Assembly: GCA_004431415.1 (NCBI GenBank)
Contig: QPMI01000684.1
Span: 1 to 64,000, forward strand
Reading direction: 5' to 3'
DNA from: Cyanophora paradoxa CCMP329
Lineage: Eukaryota > Plantae > Glaucophyta
Length of the DNA: 64,000 nucleotides
Shown here: piece by piece, positions 12,101-24,100 of the stretch
How positions within the stretch are numbered: position 1 is the stretch's first letter
Layout: every line of letters starts with the position of its first letter
Notes under the pieces: generated by a model
What the model was told of the DNA's origin: nothing
What the model saw: the letters and a program-made list of their open reading frames with translations, nothing else
Database searches by the model: none
Translations under genes and position numbers: made by a program

Positions 12101-15100
12101 CGCATGTTGGCGAGGGCGGGCGGGTAGGAGGGCAGGCGGCCCGAGGCCCAGCCGGAGAGGCCGCCGGGGCCGAGGACGTGGAGGTCCCCCTGGTAGAGGA
12201 AGGCGGCGCGGGCGCCCGGCGCGGGGCCGGCGCCGGCGGGGGCGAGGCGCGTCCACGAGGCGAGGGCGAGGTCGTAGACGAAGAGGGCGGAGGGGTCGAC
12301 GGGCGCCTCCGCGGGGCCCACGCCCCCCGTCACGAACACCTGCCCCGCCCGCGCTTCAGCAGGCTGCAGAGGCTTCCGAACGCACCCGTGAGCTGTTTTC
12401 GCGCCTGGGTGCCGGCGGAGGAGACCTGCAGGGCGGCGAAGGCGCGCGGGGAGGGCGGCTCGCCGGCCGCAGCCCGGAGCGCCTCCGCCGCCCGCGACGG
12501 GCGCGCCAGCCCCTCCGCGTCCGCCCGCACTCTGAAGCTGCGGGGCGGGGGGGGCAGATCGAACCGAATGAGCGGAGGCGGCGGGCCCGATCGCGAGGCA
12601 CGCGCGGCGGCGGTCGCTGGCGGACAGGTCGTTAAAGTAGCGAGCGCTGCCGCTCTCCGAGCCAGAGCGGGAGACGCCGCCAAAGGTGTAGAAGAACGGG
12701 GCTCCGGGGCGCTGCGCCGAGGAGGCGGCCCCCGCACGGGCCGGGGCCGTGAAGGGCGCGGCGGCGGCGGCCCGCGTCCACGCGAGGGAGGCGAGGTCGA
12801 GCAGCCAGACGTCCGAGAGCGCCCCGCCCTCCCCGCCCTCCCCGCCCCTGCGAGCCCCGGGTTGGAGGCACGCTTTCTTTAAGCTTCGAGCACCGACTCA
12901 ATTGCGAGGGGCGCACGCGAGGAGGAGGGCGGTGCCGCTGAGGGGCACGAGCGTGGCGCCGGAGCGCGGGGCGGGCGCGTCGCCCGTCACGTTCAGCACC
13001 GCCCAGGACGCACCCAGCGAGTCGTACACGCGGAGCGCGCTGGAGCCCGCGGGGACACCCCCAAAGACTGCGGCGCGCGCGTGCAGATACATTTACGTCA
13101 GCCGAATATGCGAAATGATGCAATGCATATGGGAGGCGGGCGGGGGCATGCACCGAAGACGAAGGGCTCGAGGCAGGCGTACGCGGGGGGCCCGGGGGCC
13201 TGCGCGCCCCGGCCGGTCTCCGGCTCGGGCTCGGGCGCCGGCTCCGGGACGGGGTCGCCCCAGGCCCCCCGCTGGAGGTCGAAGGCGCGGGCGACGGGGC
13301 GGCCGCCCCCGCCGGCGGCGAAGGCGAGCACGGCGGGGCTGAAGGCGCAGGCGTGCTCGTAGGGGGCCTCCCCCGCCAGCACCCGCGTCCACACCCCCGC
13401 CGCCCCGGCCCCCGCCCCCGGGTTCACAGCCCTGCCAGGCGCCGTCGGGAGGGGCAGCGAGGGCGCCGAGCTCTCGATTTCCATAGTTTTCTCAGCGCAC
13501 TCGTCGGTGCCGTCGAGGGTGACGCCGTGGATGAGGCCCGCGGAGGGCGCCCCGTCCTCCACCGCCTCCCACAGCTTGATCGCCGCCTGCAGTGAAGTTT
13601 CGCCGACTCGGTCGTCCACCGAGTCGAAGGCGCAGAACCCATGCCATAGAAGAGCGCACCAGCATTGCGGGAGGGCCGTAGCCGAGGCTGACGGCGACCT
13701 GACTCGAGCGTGTTGCCTGCTGCCCGCCACCGCTTTGGAGCAGCCTCCGGCCGGTAGCGGGTGTGGAGGCGGCCGCACGCTCGGCGAGGGCGGCGGGGCG
13801 GGCGAGCCCGGCGACCTCGCCGACTCGGTCGAGGAGCTGGTTGAGGCCGACCGAGGCGACGGGGGCGCGCACGCTCGCCCGCACGGCCTCGGCCTCCCCG
13901 CACGAGGCGGCGAGGGGCCCGCGCTCCTCGGGGCGCGCCTGGCGGAGGAGGCACGTGCGCTGCTCGGAGGCGGCGCCGCCGCACCCGAAGTCGCGGGGCG
14001 GGCCCGCGGGGGCCCCCAGCGCGAACATACGGAAGCTCGAGAACGCGACCTGCCACCCCGCACGCAAGTGCATGCGTGAGCAAGAGGGTGGACCGAATTC
14101 GAGGGGGTTGGGGGCGGGGGCCGGGGCGGGGGCGGGCCCATCCGCGGGGCCGGGCAGTGCCGGCGGTGGCGAGGGTGAGGTTGAGCAGGCCGCACTCGAG
14201 CGCCTCCCCGAGCCGCCCCGACGCCCCCGCCGCCTCCCCCGCATTCATCGACGCGTTTGCGCCCGCCCGCCACTCTACCAGCTCCTGCGAAATCCGCCGT
14301 GGTTCATGCACATGCCCGAAGATAGGAATGTCGGATGGGAGGTATTCCCACCCGATTGGGCACCCGCGCAGTACTGCGCGGGGCCGGCTCCCTGTGCTGG
14401 AGCAGCTGTAGATGCAGGCTGGTGTATTCACTGTGTACCCGGAAGACTACTGACTCTGTACCCCTAAGACAGGTAGAGGCAGGCCAGCGTAGGCTACCGA
14501 GAGGTAAGCCTACAGGAAGAGAGACTATGCTAAGCCACTCAGGCTACGTCAGGCACCAACTAGCTCTAGTCACTAAGTCACCGCAAGGCCAGGGAATCGA
14601 GCCAGGCGACAACTCCTCTTCCGCTGACGTCGCGTCCGCGCGACGTAGCAAGTCAAACCGTGACTCTCGTCGGCATAACCGCAAGAGGGCGTCCCCAACT
14701 CCGCCGATGGGTGCACCGCTCGAGGGCACCGACAGGCCCCAAGACGAGGAACCTGAGCCACAGCCCGAGGACAGGAATGCAGACAGCTGCAGGCCAGGTA
14801 GAAGGCCAGGTAGCTGTAGATCGATCCAGTCCAGGTCGTACGCTGGGCATGGCTGGTGGGGGGCAAATGCGTGCATGCGGGAAAGCTCGAAAGAGAAAAG
14901 CATAAAAACTCGAAAGGTGTAAACGCTGGCCCAAACTCACTCCAAACGGCGAGGGCCGCTGGAGAGTGGCACGGATGGGAAGTTTCACCGCCTCGGGAAG
15001 AAACCAGCGAGGAGGTATTCGGGCCACCCATCAAGCCCAACGAAAGGACAGGGCACGTCCAGGTGCCCCTACTCGCAAGCGCCCAGTCCCCCCAAGAGAC

Positions 15101-18100
15101 TCGCACGCGCCCAGCAGGCCAACACCTGGACACTCTCCACGAGCGCCGGGCCCATGTCCCAGAAAAGTGAACGAAAGACCCAGATGGCGCCCGCGAACGG
15201 TCCCCCAACCGAATCGCGTCCCACCTCGCAAGTCAGGGTTGAGGCAAAGCTGGCAAAGAAATCTGCCCTGCGTCCGTCTCTTCTCATCTCTAGCGTCGCC
15301 CTCGGCGTCCCACACAGGAACCCTCGGCGCCGACGTATGGGGCAAGGTATAGATTTGGTTCGGGACGTTTGGTTGGGAGTAGGGTCTGCTGAGGCTCGTA
15401 GGAGGTCCGTTTCGCACGTCAAGAAGACGGGATTTGCGACTGCACATGCAGGCTTCCGATCCACAGCCAGCTGCAGCGTGCAGCTGCGTCGAGCGGAATA
15501 TTTGAATCCGAGCTCAGACGGCGTTGGCGCAGCTGATGTGGATTTATGAAGCGTGCAGTCGACGTCGATGTGAGCGGCGACCTTGTATGCACTTGCACGT
15601 GCGTCTCGAGCTCGAGCTCGCGACCAGGTGCACGCGATAAAGGTACGAGCCCTTGAGCCGCACATCATCGAAGAGTAGAAATGCTTCGACGATCCCGTGA
15701 CTGCGTTGGCGCTCCTGTCGAGGTCGCGCAGCTTGCAGTGCAGGGTCCAATCCGCGCGGCTCCCGGTTCTGATCGCTGGGACCACAGGGTGCACAGCTCA
15801 GCAGCTGCACCCTCGTGGTTGGATCACGAGGCCGACGGGCGAGTTGCCGAGCTCAACGCCTCAGCTGATCGCGGGCGAGCAGCCCTTCGCGACTGTCGGT
15901 GGGAGCATGCAAGGTTGGAGCTCGTGAAGCATACGCCAGGCCGTCAAGCACGCGCTACGGCGTGATCATGAGGGCTGCAGTGTACGCGTGTACGTAGAGC
16001 CGCGGCGCGGGATTCCCTGGAGGAGGTCCGGGTCCCTTGGCGGACGTACATCAGTGTACGCTGGTACTGGCGCTGTGTGTGGCCTGGGGCGAGAGATGGG
16101 GCGAGGACCCGAGACCGAGCCCTCGCGTTCGCGACGTGCGTGACATCGCAGCGCTCAGCTGCTGGCGATGAAGCCAGGTGTCGACGTCGACGCTCCAGCT
16201 AGACGCGGCCGTCAATCGAAGGCGCGCGTGCTGGCCGCGAATCCCATCAGTCGTTCCCTCGGCCTGGTCTTCCTGGGATCCGGCCGCAGCCAGGCTCGTT
16301 GGCGAGCTTGGCGGGTCATGATCACGGGAAGGGGTTCTGCAGCGATCCGCGAGACTGCATGTTCGCGGTGCCGAGACCCTCGGATTTGCGACCGATTCGC
16401 CAGCCTTCGCCGTGGGCTCGTTTCGATCGCATCCCAATACCAGGCGATCAGGCGAAGCTGACGAACGGCGAATCCTTCAGAGACTCAGATCTCTTGATCG
16501 GGGATCCGAATTCGTGTTCTGTGCGTAGCCGGACCGCGACACGGCGTGCAGTCGGCTGCTGAGATCCGATTCCGATCCTTAGGAGGCCGCATCGGTGAGT
16601 AGTGCGAGCGAGTGCACTGGCCGTAGCTGGGCTCTCAAGCTCTGTCGAAACAGCACTTGCCGGTCCGTTCCGGACACGGTCACTGGCTGTGCACGTAACA
16701 ACAGGGCCTGAGGGCCATCAGCCCAGTAGCATCGCCACCGATGGGTTTCCGAGGCGGAATGTGGTTCGCCAACGGCGAGACCTGGATCCCGGCGAGCCGC
16801 CGCGTGAGGAGACCTCAAGGCGGTTGGCTAGGTTCGCTCGCTTGTGCTCGATCAGCCTGCAGACGGCAGCGCGCGCTGGGGCGTACTGCTCCACAGCAGG
16901 TCTAGGCGCGACGTCGACTGCATGCTCGAGTCTGATCATGATCCCGACTCCTCTTCCGCTGAAGAGGGGAAGTCGGGGCGTGGCAGGCATACGCCGATCG
17001 AGGAGGGGCTCAGGCGTCGGGCCAAGAGGCAGCCTTCGGCTCGAGCGCTTGTGCGCGTACTCCTCTTCCGCTGAAGAGCGGAAGCCGTAGCACGGCAAAC
17101 TGCCTCCGATGCCACTCCCTCTTCGGTTAAGCACCGTCCCCGGTGCTCCACCGTACGCGTCTTCCGCGAAAATTTGGGCACGCTGAGGCCGCTGGGCCCG
17201 GGATCCGTGATTGGATCGGGACAGCATGGCCGTGGTGAAGAAATTCGCGAGTGTGGGTGGAAAGAACGGAGAGGCGTGATCGTACACGACCGTATCCGTC
17301 TTTCTTTCGTTGTATTCCATGGCGTCCCGGGCCGCTTTGCTCTCGATTCGGGCTCAATCGAGCTCGAGGGGCAAGCGTGAGCCGCGGGGCCAGAGCGAGG
17401 TTGAATGGATGCTGGCTTCGATTTGAATTGAGTTGTGGGCAACTGAGCAATTGCGTCGGCCGGCCACGATTGTGCCGGTCGCGAGTCAATCGCACTGCAG
17501 TGCTCGCCGTTCGAATTTCGCGATTCGATCGGACGCCAGTCGTGTCGAGCACGAGGGCATCGAGCCTCGGAGCTTCGAGTCTCGAGCGGTCGTCGATCAG
17601 CTCAAGGCCTGGGCCGAGCTTCCGAAACACGATTTTGCATATATAGCGCTCGGCTGTGTATGCTCGTGTCTGTTGGCCCGTGTTGCCGCTTTTCGCGGTT
17701 TTTAGGCCAGGCGCCGGGGCGCCATGCCAGCACCCAGATTTATGGGAGCGGCCTCAGTGAATGAAGCTGGTGACGGTGGGTGCGCCACTGCCGGGAATAA
17801 GATCCCGGGTCGCCACCGCCCAGCGCGAAACGAATTTGACAGCTATGTCGAACTCGTTCGCTCGCAGGAGCGCCAGCTGCATGCAGCCGGGCCCGCGTGA
17901 CTTGGTACGTGCAAACGTCCGATGGTCCGGGTTGCGGGGCAGAATTTGAGAAAATCCGCGCCGCTGCTCGGGACGAGAGCCCGGCCGGCGGGTCGCCAGA
18001 GAAAATCGACGACTTTCGCCATGCTGGGCCCTCGCGAAATTTCGCGAGCCGAGAGGTACGAAATCGGCCGTGCGTGCGCGGTCCGACGGTCTGGCCTTCT

Positions 18101-21100
18101 CGAGCGGGCCGCGTACGCGTAGCCTACATCTCGGTTCCGAGCCGCGCGCGGCGTCGGGGCGGAATCGCGAGATCGAGGTCAACCGTCGGACTCGGGTGAG
18201 TCGCGAGAGCCGTGACCGCTTTAGTAAGCGTCAGAACCAGGCTCAGCGGCTGGTCTGAGGCTGAGGATGATGCATATGCTTGGCCGAAGGGCCGTGCAAT
18301 GGCCGGGCCACTTGGCATGGCCACGCACACGTGGGCGCGAAATTAAATTGCCGCACTCTGGTGCTGCAAACTTTTCGTGGCGTCGCGAAGTGATTCGCAT
18401 GCACAGATCTAGAGGGCCGGGAAACGTCCGGCGCGAAGATTGTGCACGCGGGCGCCCTCACGTCCGCTGGCGTGCGCCGTGACGGCCTCGCCACCGCAGC
18501 AGCCGGCCACGGGCGTGCACTGCGGCCGCCGGGCACAAGTGCGTGTGCAGGGCGCGGCTGCGCATGCCGTGGTATTGATGGCTGGGCGCCAGCCGCCGTA
18601 CGTAGTGTAGCAGCACCACAGGGATCGGCAGGTGGGCGCCGCGGCGTGCAACCGACGCGATTGGTTCCCAGCTGCAGGAGCGGGACCGGTAGCGGCCGGT
18701 TGCAGGAGCCGTGCTCGTGCATACGAGCGTCAATATCGTGCCGACGATATCATGCACGATCGCAAGCGTTCCCTTAGCGGACCGGGGGCCGGGCCCCGGT
18801 GCTCTCGAGAGAACTGACGATAGAGCTCTCGCTCGCTGTCTCGCAGTGGGCCGTGGCGGCTTTTGAGAGAGCAGACGATGAAGCTCAGCGGCTTTTGCTC
18901 GCTGTCTCTCGTTGGCCGTGGCGGGTGTTCCGGAGTGTGAAGCCGGCAGATTCCACCAGCTAGGTGGGAACGGCTTTCCGAAAATTGGATACCGTACGCG
19001 TGGCTTGTGCACGGGCCAGCCACTAGGGCTCGCTGTCGCGCAGATCGAGAACGGGCTGGGGATCATCGGATCCGGCGCCGCGCCCACGGTCCCGAATCAT
19101 TGAATTCCGAATTCGAATTGCGATGCTTTCGAATTTGGGTGCCGCAGTGCGGTCGACAGGTTCGCTTCGCTCGGTAGCGAATTACGATTTCTGCAGCTCA
19201 TGCAGTCTTCCCTGCCTCATCCTCTCTCCCACCGCGTTTTAGCGGGAGGTCGAGGCATGAGCGTGCCGCAAGGCGGGTGGGGCTGAAGGCCGCGTGCGCA
19301 GGCTTGGCGGCGAGCGGCCGTGCCGAGCCCTGGGCCTGCCGCCGTGCGGTCGCGTGTAAATTTTGCGGGCCGGTCTGCGAGCCCTGAAGGCTGCGCTACG
19401 GTGCGAAAAATGCCTGCAGCCAGCACCAGCTGCAGCATCGCCGGGTTTGGCGAAGTGGTGCACAGGTTCCGGCTCAGGGCGGCGGCAATGCTCTTTTCGA
19501 GCTAGCGCTGCCCTTGGCGGCGCAAATCGCGACCGTACATTCGATTGCTGGATCGGCGCTCTGTAGCACGGCGCTCCATTACAGCGCCTCATCAGCGCTC
19601 GCCGAGCGGCGTGCCGGCGTTGGCAGAGAGAGCCGGGCGCTGTTCAGCGCAGCCGATCGTCCGTTCGCGATCGCGAGTCGACGTCGTTTCGCGAGTCGGT
19701 CCGGGGCCGCGGCCGTAACAGCGAGGAGCCCGAGCCACGGGGCCGTGTGCGCAGCCTCTTTGGGAAAGCTACCGCATAAGGGCTCAGGCTTCGAATTTTT
19801 CGCTGCGCTCAGCTCGGCTGCTCAGCGGCTGCATCCGATATCCGGTCGCGATATCGATGCATATGCTGTACATGTGGGCCTGGCCGGGGCTGAGACCCGC
19901 GCCTGCAACACACACGTGCACGTGCACGCGGTTTATGCAAGGTAGGGCTAGCCGTTTAGTTTTGTTTAACGGTTGCAGCCTTTATTCCCGCTGGCCATGG
20001 TGGCTGCGGCTTGAATATTTGTGGCGCTCGCGATCGGTGTCCGTGTCCACGGCCACGCGATTGCACGTGCAAAGACTTCACGGGGCATACTGCCGTGAGA
20101 AGCCAGGACGTCGTGCGCGACTCGACAAGCGGCTCTGGGGCCCGCTGTACGTTGTAGCGCTGGCCCACGCGTGGGAGCCCGACATTCGATTCCAGTCGCT
20201 AGCTTGACGCTCGCAATTGGCCTCGGTCTCCCTGGGACTCGGGAGGACGAGTCGAGCCCGTTGCGAGCTTCGATATCGATTCGCGTTTGGGCCGGGGGCC
20301 ACAATCCGCGTTCTCGTAGGGGCGAGGCCCTAATTCACAGCTTTGCGACGTCCAGCGATCGAGCGTGATCGTGGATTCGCGACGCGGATATTCGCGGGGC
20401 CTAGGCTCGCCGCGAATTTCGCTGGGCTCGTGGCCGTGCCGGTTTTCGCAGGGCAGGCCGGTGCGGCCCGGTGGGGCTGGAATTCCGATGCGGGTCGCCA
20501 CAGGCGCTTACGAGGAGGCCCTGGGGCGAGAGGCTCGCGAGGGGACATGCCAGGCGAGGGCTGAGGGCGGCCTGAAATTGCGACTACTCCGATCTCAGGC
20601 CTCGCAATTGCGCGGGCTCGAATGTGACGGGCCGTCCGTCAGATACGGGCTGGCCGGGCACTCCGAGGCTCGGAATATTCGATCGCGAATCTTTAGTCCG
20701 GTCCCGATTATCGGATTTTCGCGATATCGAACGGGCACGGCTTCCGCAGTGCCAGCCCGGCGGTGGGGGCGGTCTAGATCTGGCAGAAGGGAGCCTGAGC
20801 TGCGAGCCCGGGCAACCTCAGACCTCAAAAGGGCCGAGGGCCGCCTGCGATCGCAGCTGCTCCAAACCCGATCGCGAAGCTCGCGATCATCGGATAGTCG
20901 TTCCTTGCGATCCAAATTCGCAGGCCGGCACCCTGAATCGGGGCAACGATTGCAAATTGACGGATCTCGATTATCGGATTCTCGCGGGTCATTGGACCCC
21001 ATATGCATGGCCAGGCACGTGCACGGCAGCCACAGGCGGGCTGGAGCGCGTGCGGCGGGCTCTGGGTTTAAATCCGAGCGAGCTAGCGTAACTTTGATTG

Positions 21101-24100
21101 TGAGCTCGAGCTCGCCTTGGCCAGAGGCGGCTCGAGACGACTTCGAAGCGCAGTGCCCGAGCTCCGAGGCTCGTTCACTGGTCGGGCTCGGAATTGGCTT
21201 AATTGAACCGTTCAACGGTGGGCAACGAGACCACCGTGGCACGATGTCGGCGATCGCGAGGCGCCCGCGCATCGGGGCGCCAGGCGCATTGGACGCTTCG
21301 GCGCGGGGCGCGGGTGCCGCTGTCAGCTTCGGCCGCGGGCCCTGCCAGGCTGAGGGCAGGGCCTCCGGGACGCTGCCGCCAGCTGTTCGCAGGCAATTGC
21401 AAGCGCCGATCGTAGGCTGAGCTCGTCCTCTGGATTCGAGGCCAGGGACCGCAGCTATTTGCAGAGGACTTCCAGGGCTCCGGGCCCAGCGGCAAGCCGC
21501 GGCCGGCCGTGGACTGCGGGGCCCCGGGCCGAGGGCGAGGCCGGGCGGCCGTTATTTAACGGGGCCGTATACGCATCGGCTTGAATGTTTACAGGCGTTC
21601 GCATGGCCGTGCGATCACGATCTGCGCCCACCAGCTGCCGCGGTGCGGGTGGGGGGGCAGAGCCAATATGCCATGATGCCTGGGGCCGGGCCGGGTGCCT
21701 CCGCCTCTGAGAGAGGGCGAGACTCAACGGGCTCAACGGCTCCGAGGCTCGAGTTCGAGGTCACGAGGCAGGCGGTCGCGACGTCGACGTCGACAGCGGG
21801 CCGGCGCCGTGCCGCGTGCACGGCGCTGTCGTAAGCGTGTACGTACACGTGACCAGCTTCGATCTCGAGCCGAGGGCGATCCCACGTTCACGGATCGGAG
21901 GCCGAGGCCGGGTTGGAACTTCGGAATTCAAAGTTCGATTTCAAGGCCCGCGATTTTGCGATCGGTCACCCGGGTCGGCGTAGGGCTGTGACCCGGCTTT
22001 GCAGCGCTCCTTGCTCGCAGCGGCGCGAGAGACGCTGTTCTCAGGCCTCTGGAGGCTCGTAGCGGCGCGAGATACAGGGCCGAGGCCTGGGGGCCGCAGG
22101 CCGATATCGATCGTGAGGCACGGCATTGGACGCGCGCGCGGGAACTCGAAGGATCCCGACGTCGCAGCACGCGAGATCAGCCATGGGCTCGATCCGTGCG
22201 CTGTGATAAGCGCCCTTGGTCCGGGCGTGCTGCGCAGCTTCGCAATCGCTCCTCTGACCATGGGGCCGGGGCCCGGCCGGCTTGAACGGCAGCTCGGCGA
22301 TGCGAACGGCAGCTCGGCGGTCGCGACCCTTGACCGCGAAGGCGAGGGCAACCGCGAGGGCGAGTCGCTGAGCGTAATTCGATGGGGCCCGGCGGCCGAG
22401 ACCGCGACCGACGGGTGTCGGCGGCCGAGACCGGAACGGCTTCGAATTTGTGCCTGGCGAAGCTCCAGACTCAGTTCATAAATTGAAACCGGGCCTTGGC
22501 ACTGCCAGTCGCTCGCAGGCCTAGGGCTCAGCGGCTGTGGAGCCTCGGGGGCCTAGGCTGGGCAGCTCTGAGCCGTACGCGTGGTACAGTGCACGTGCAC
22601 GTGCTCGTGCACGTGACTTCCGGCCCTCAGCTCGCGGCTGAGCTCGAGCTGTACCCGCTGGCCCATGGCACGTGCACGCAGCGGCAACGTTAACGGCGGG
22701 AGCCGAACTCGCAGTGCCAGCAGGTCCTGATCATGAGAGCCGAAATCGACTCGTAACCGGATCCAGGGCTCGGAAGCGAGCTCGAGCTCGATCGCGAGGC
22801 GCCGGGCCGGGCGGGCCGCCGGGCGTTTGAGCTGGCACAGTGGCGGCTTGCTCCGAGGCTTAGTCAACCGGGGCCCAGAGCGTCGACGTCTCGCTCGAAA
22901 AGCAAGCGTGAGCTTCGGGGTCCGGCCCGGCAGATCCGGGTCTCGGCCTGACAGCTTCCAGTCCGGATCGGAGAGCCTCGGGATCCGGAGTTGAGAGCTT
23001 GCATCGAGCAGGCCATGGCCAGGCCAGGTGCTGGCTCGCAGTGAGAGGTGCGCCGCGCGGCGCCCTCAATCTTGGGCCAGGCCCGACTGCGCATGCGGGG
23101 CGTCTTGCGCTTTTTGCGACAGCTGTAGGCAGAGAGCCTCAGCAACTCGGGTCCCTTTCGAGCCTGGGGCTCGTGACGGCGTGATTACGGTTTGAGCCGC
23201 GGGCCGGAGCTCGCCTCTCGAGCTCGAATCCGCAGTTGATATCGCCGTCGGCGCTAGCGCTAGCGCTAGGCTCGAGCTCAAGCTCTCGAGGACCATGGGG
23301 CCCATGCTAGGTAGCCAGGTGAACCTCGAGCTCGGGGCCGCATGGGCCGGCTGTGCGTGAAACGCGCCACTCTCCGAGGCTCGACGAGCCTCAGAAGTGC
23401 AGGCCGGGCCTCTAGCTCCGGGCCTGGTCGGGTAGCGGCTCGAATTCGAGCATCAAGGCCTCAGGATGCCGACCGGCGCTCCCGAATGCAGCACGCAGTG
23501 CTGCGGGAAGACCGTCGGACAGGCCTAGGGGCCGGTTGCGAGGCCTGGCGGCCCTGATCCGAGCTTGAAGCTCGTGCGGGGTAAATTTCCAATTTCGCAG
23601 TCAAGGCCCCGAAGGAGCTTGCTGCGAAACCTAAACGCTCAGCCTGGCTCTCGATCGCGACTGCAGTCGAGCAGCCTGGCAGCTTCGAGGCAGGCAGTCG
23701 CAATCGCGATGGGGTTCGCCGGTCGTGCGTGGGCCCGGCATCAGGGCATCAGCTCTGGCCCTCTCGAGCGTCTGGCGCGCACCCTTGAGCTCGAGCTCTG
23801 AGCTCGAGGCTAGGGGCTCTAGCCGCCGGTCGCAAAGCCGGCTGGTAGCTCGATATGCGGTTCAGCACTAGCGGATTCCAAAGCGGCGATAGCGGCCGGA
23901 TTGGAGCCGGATGCCAGTTGCAATCAGCCGGGGCCGACATTAGAGCTTAGCTCTGCGGCCCAAATTACAGCTGGAGCCGGAAGCCGGAAGTGGGCCCAAA
24001 TTACAGCTGGCCGCTGGGCGTTCGAGGCGGCCGATGCCGCCCGACCCAGAGCTTACTTAGTGGAACTCAGTGTCCGGTGCCATGTGCATGGCGCCGGCCA

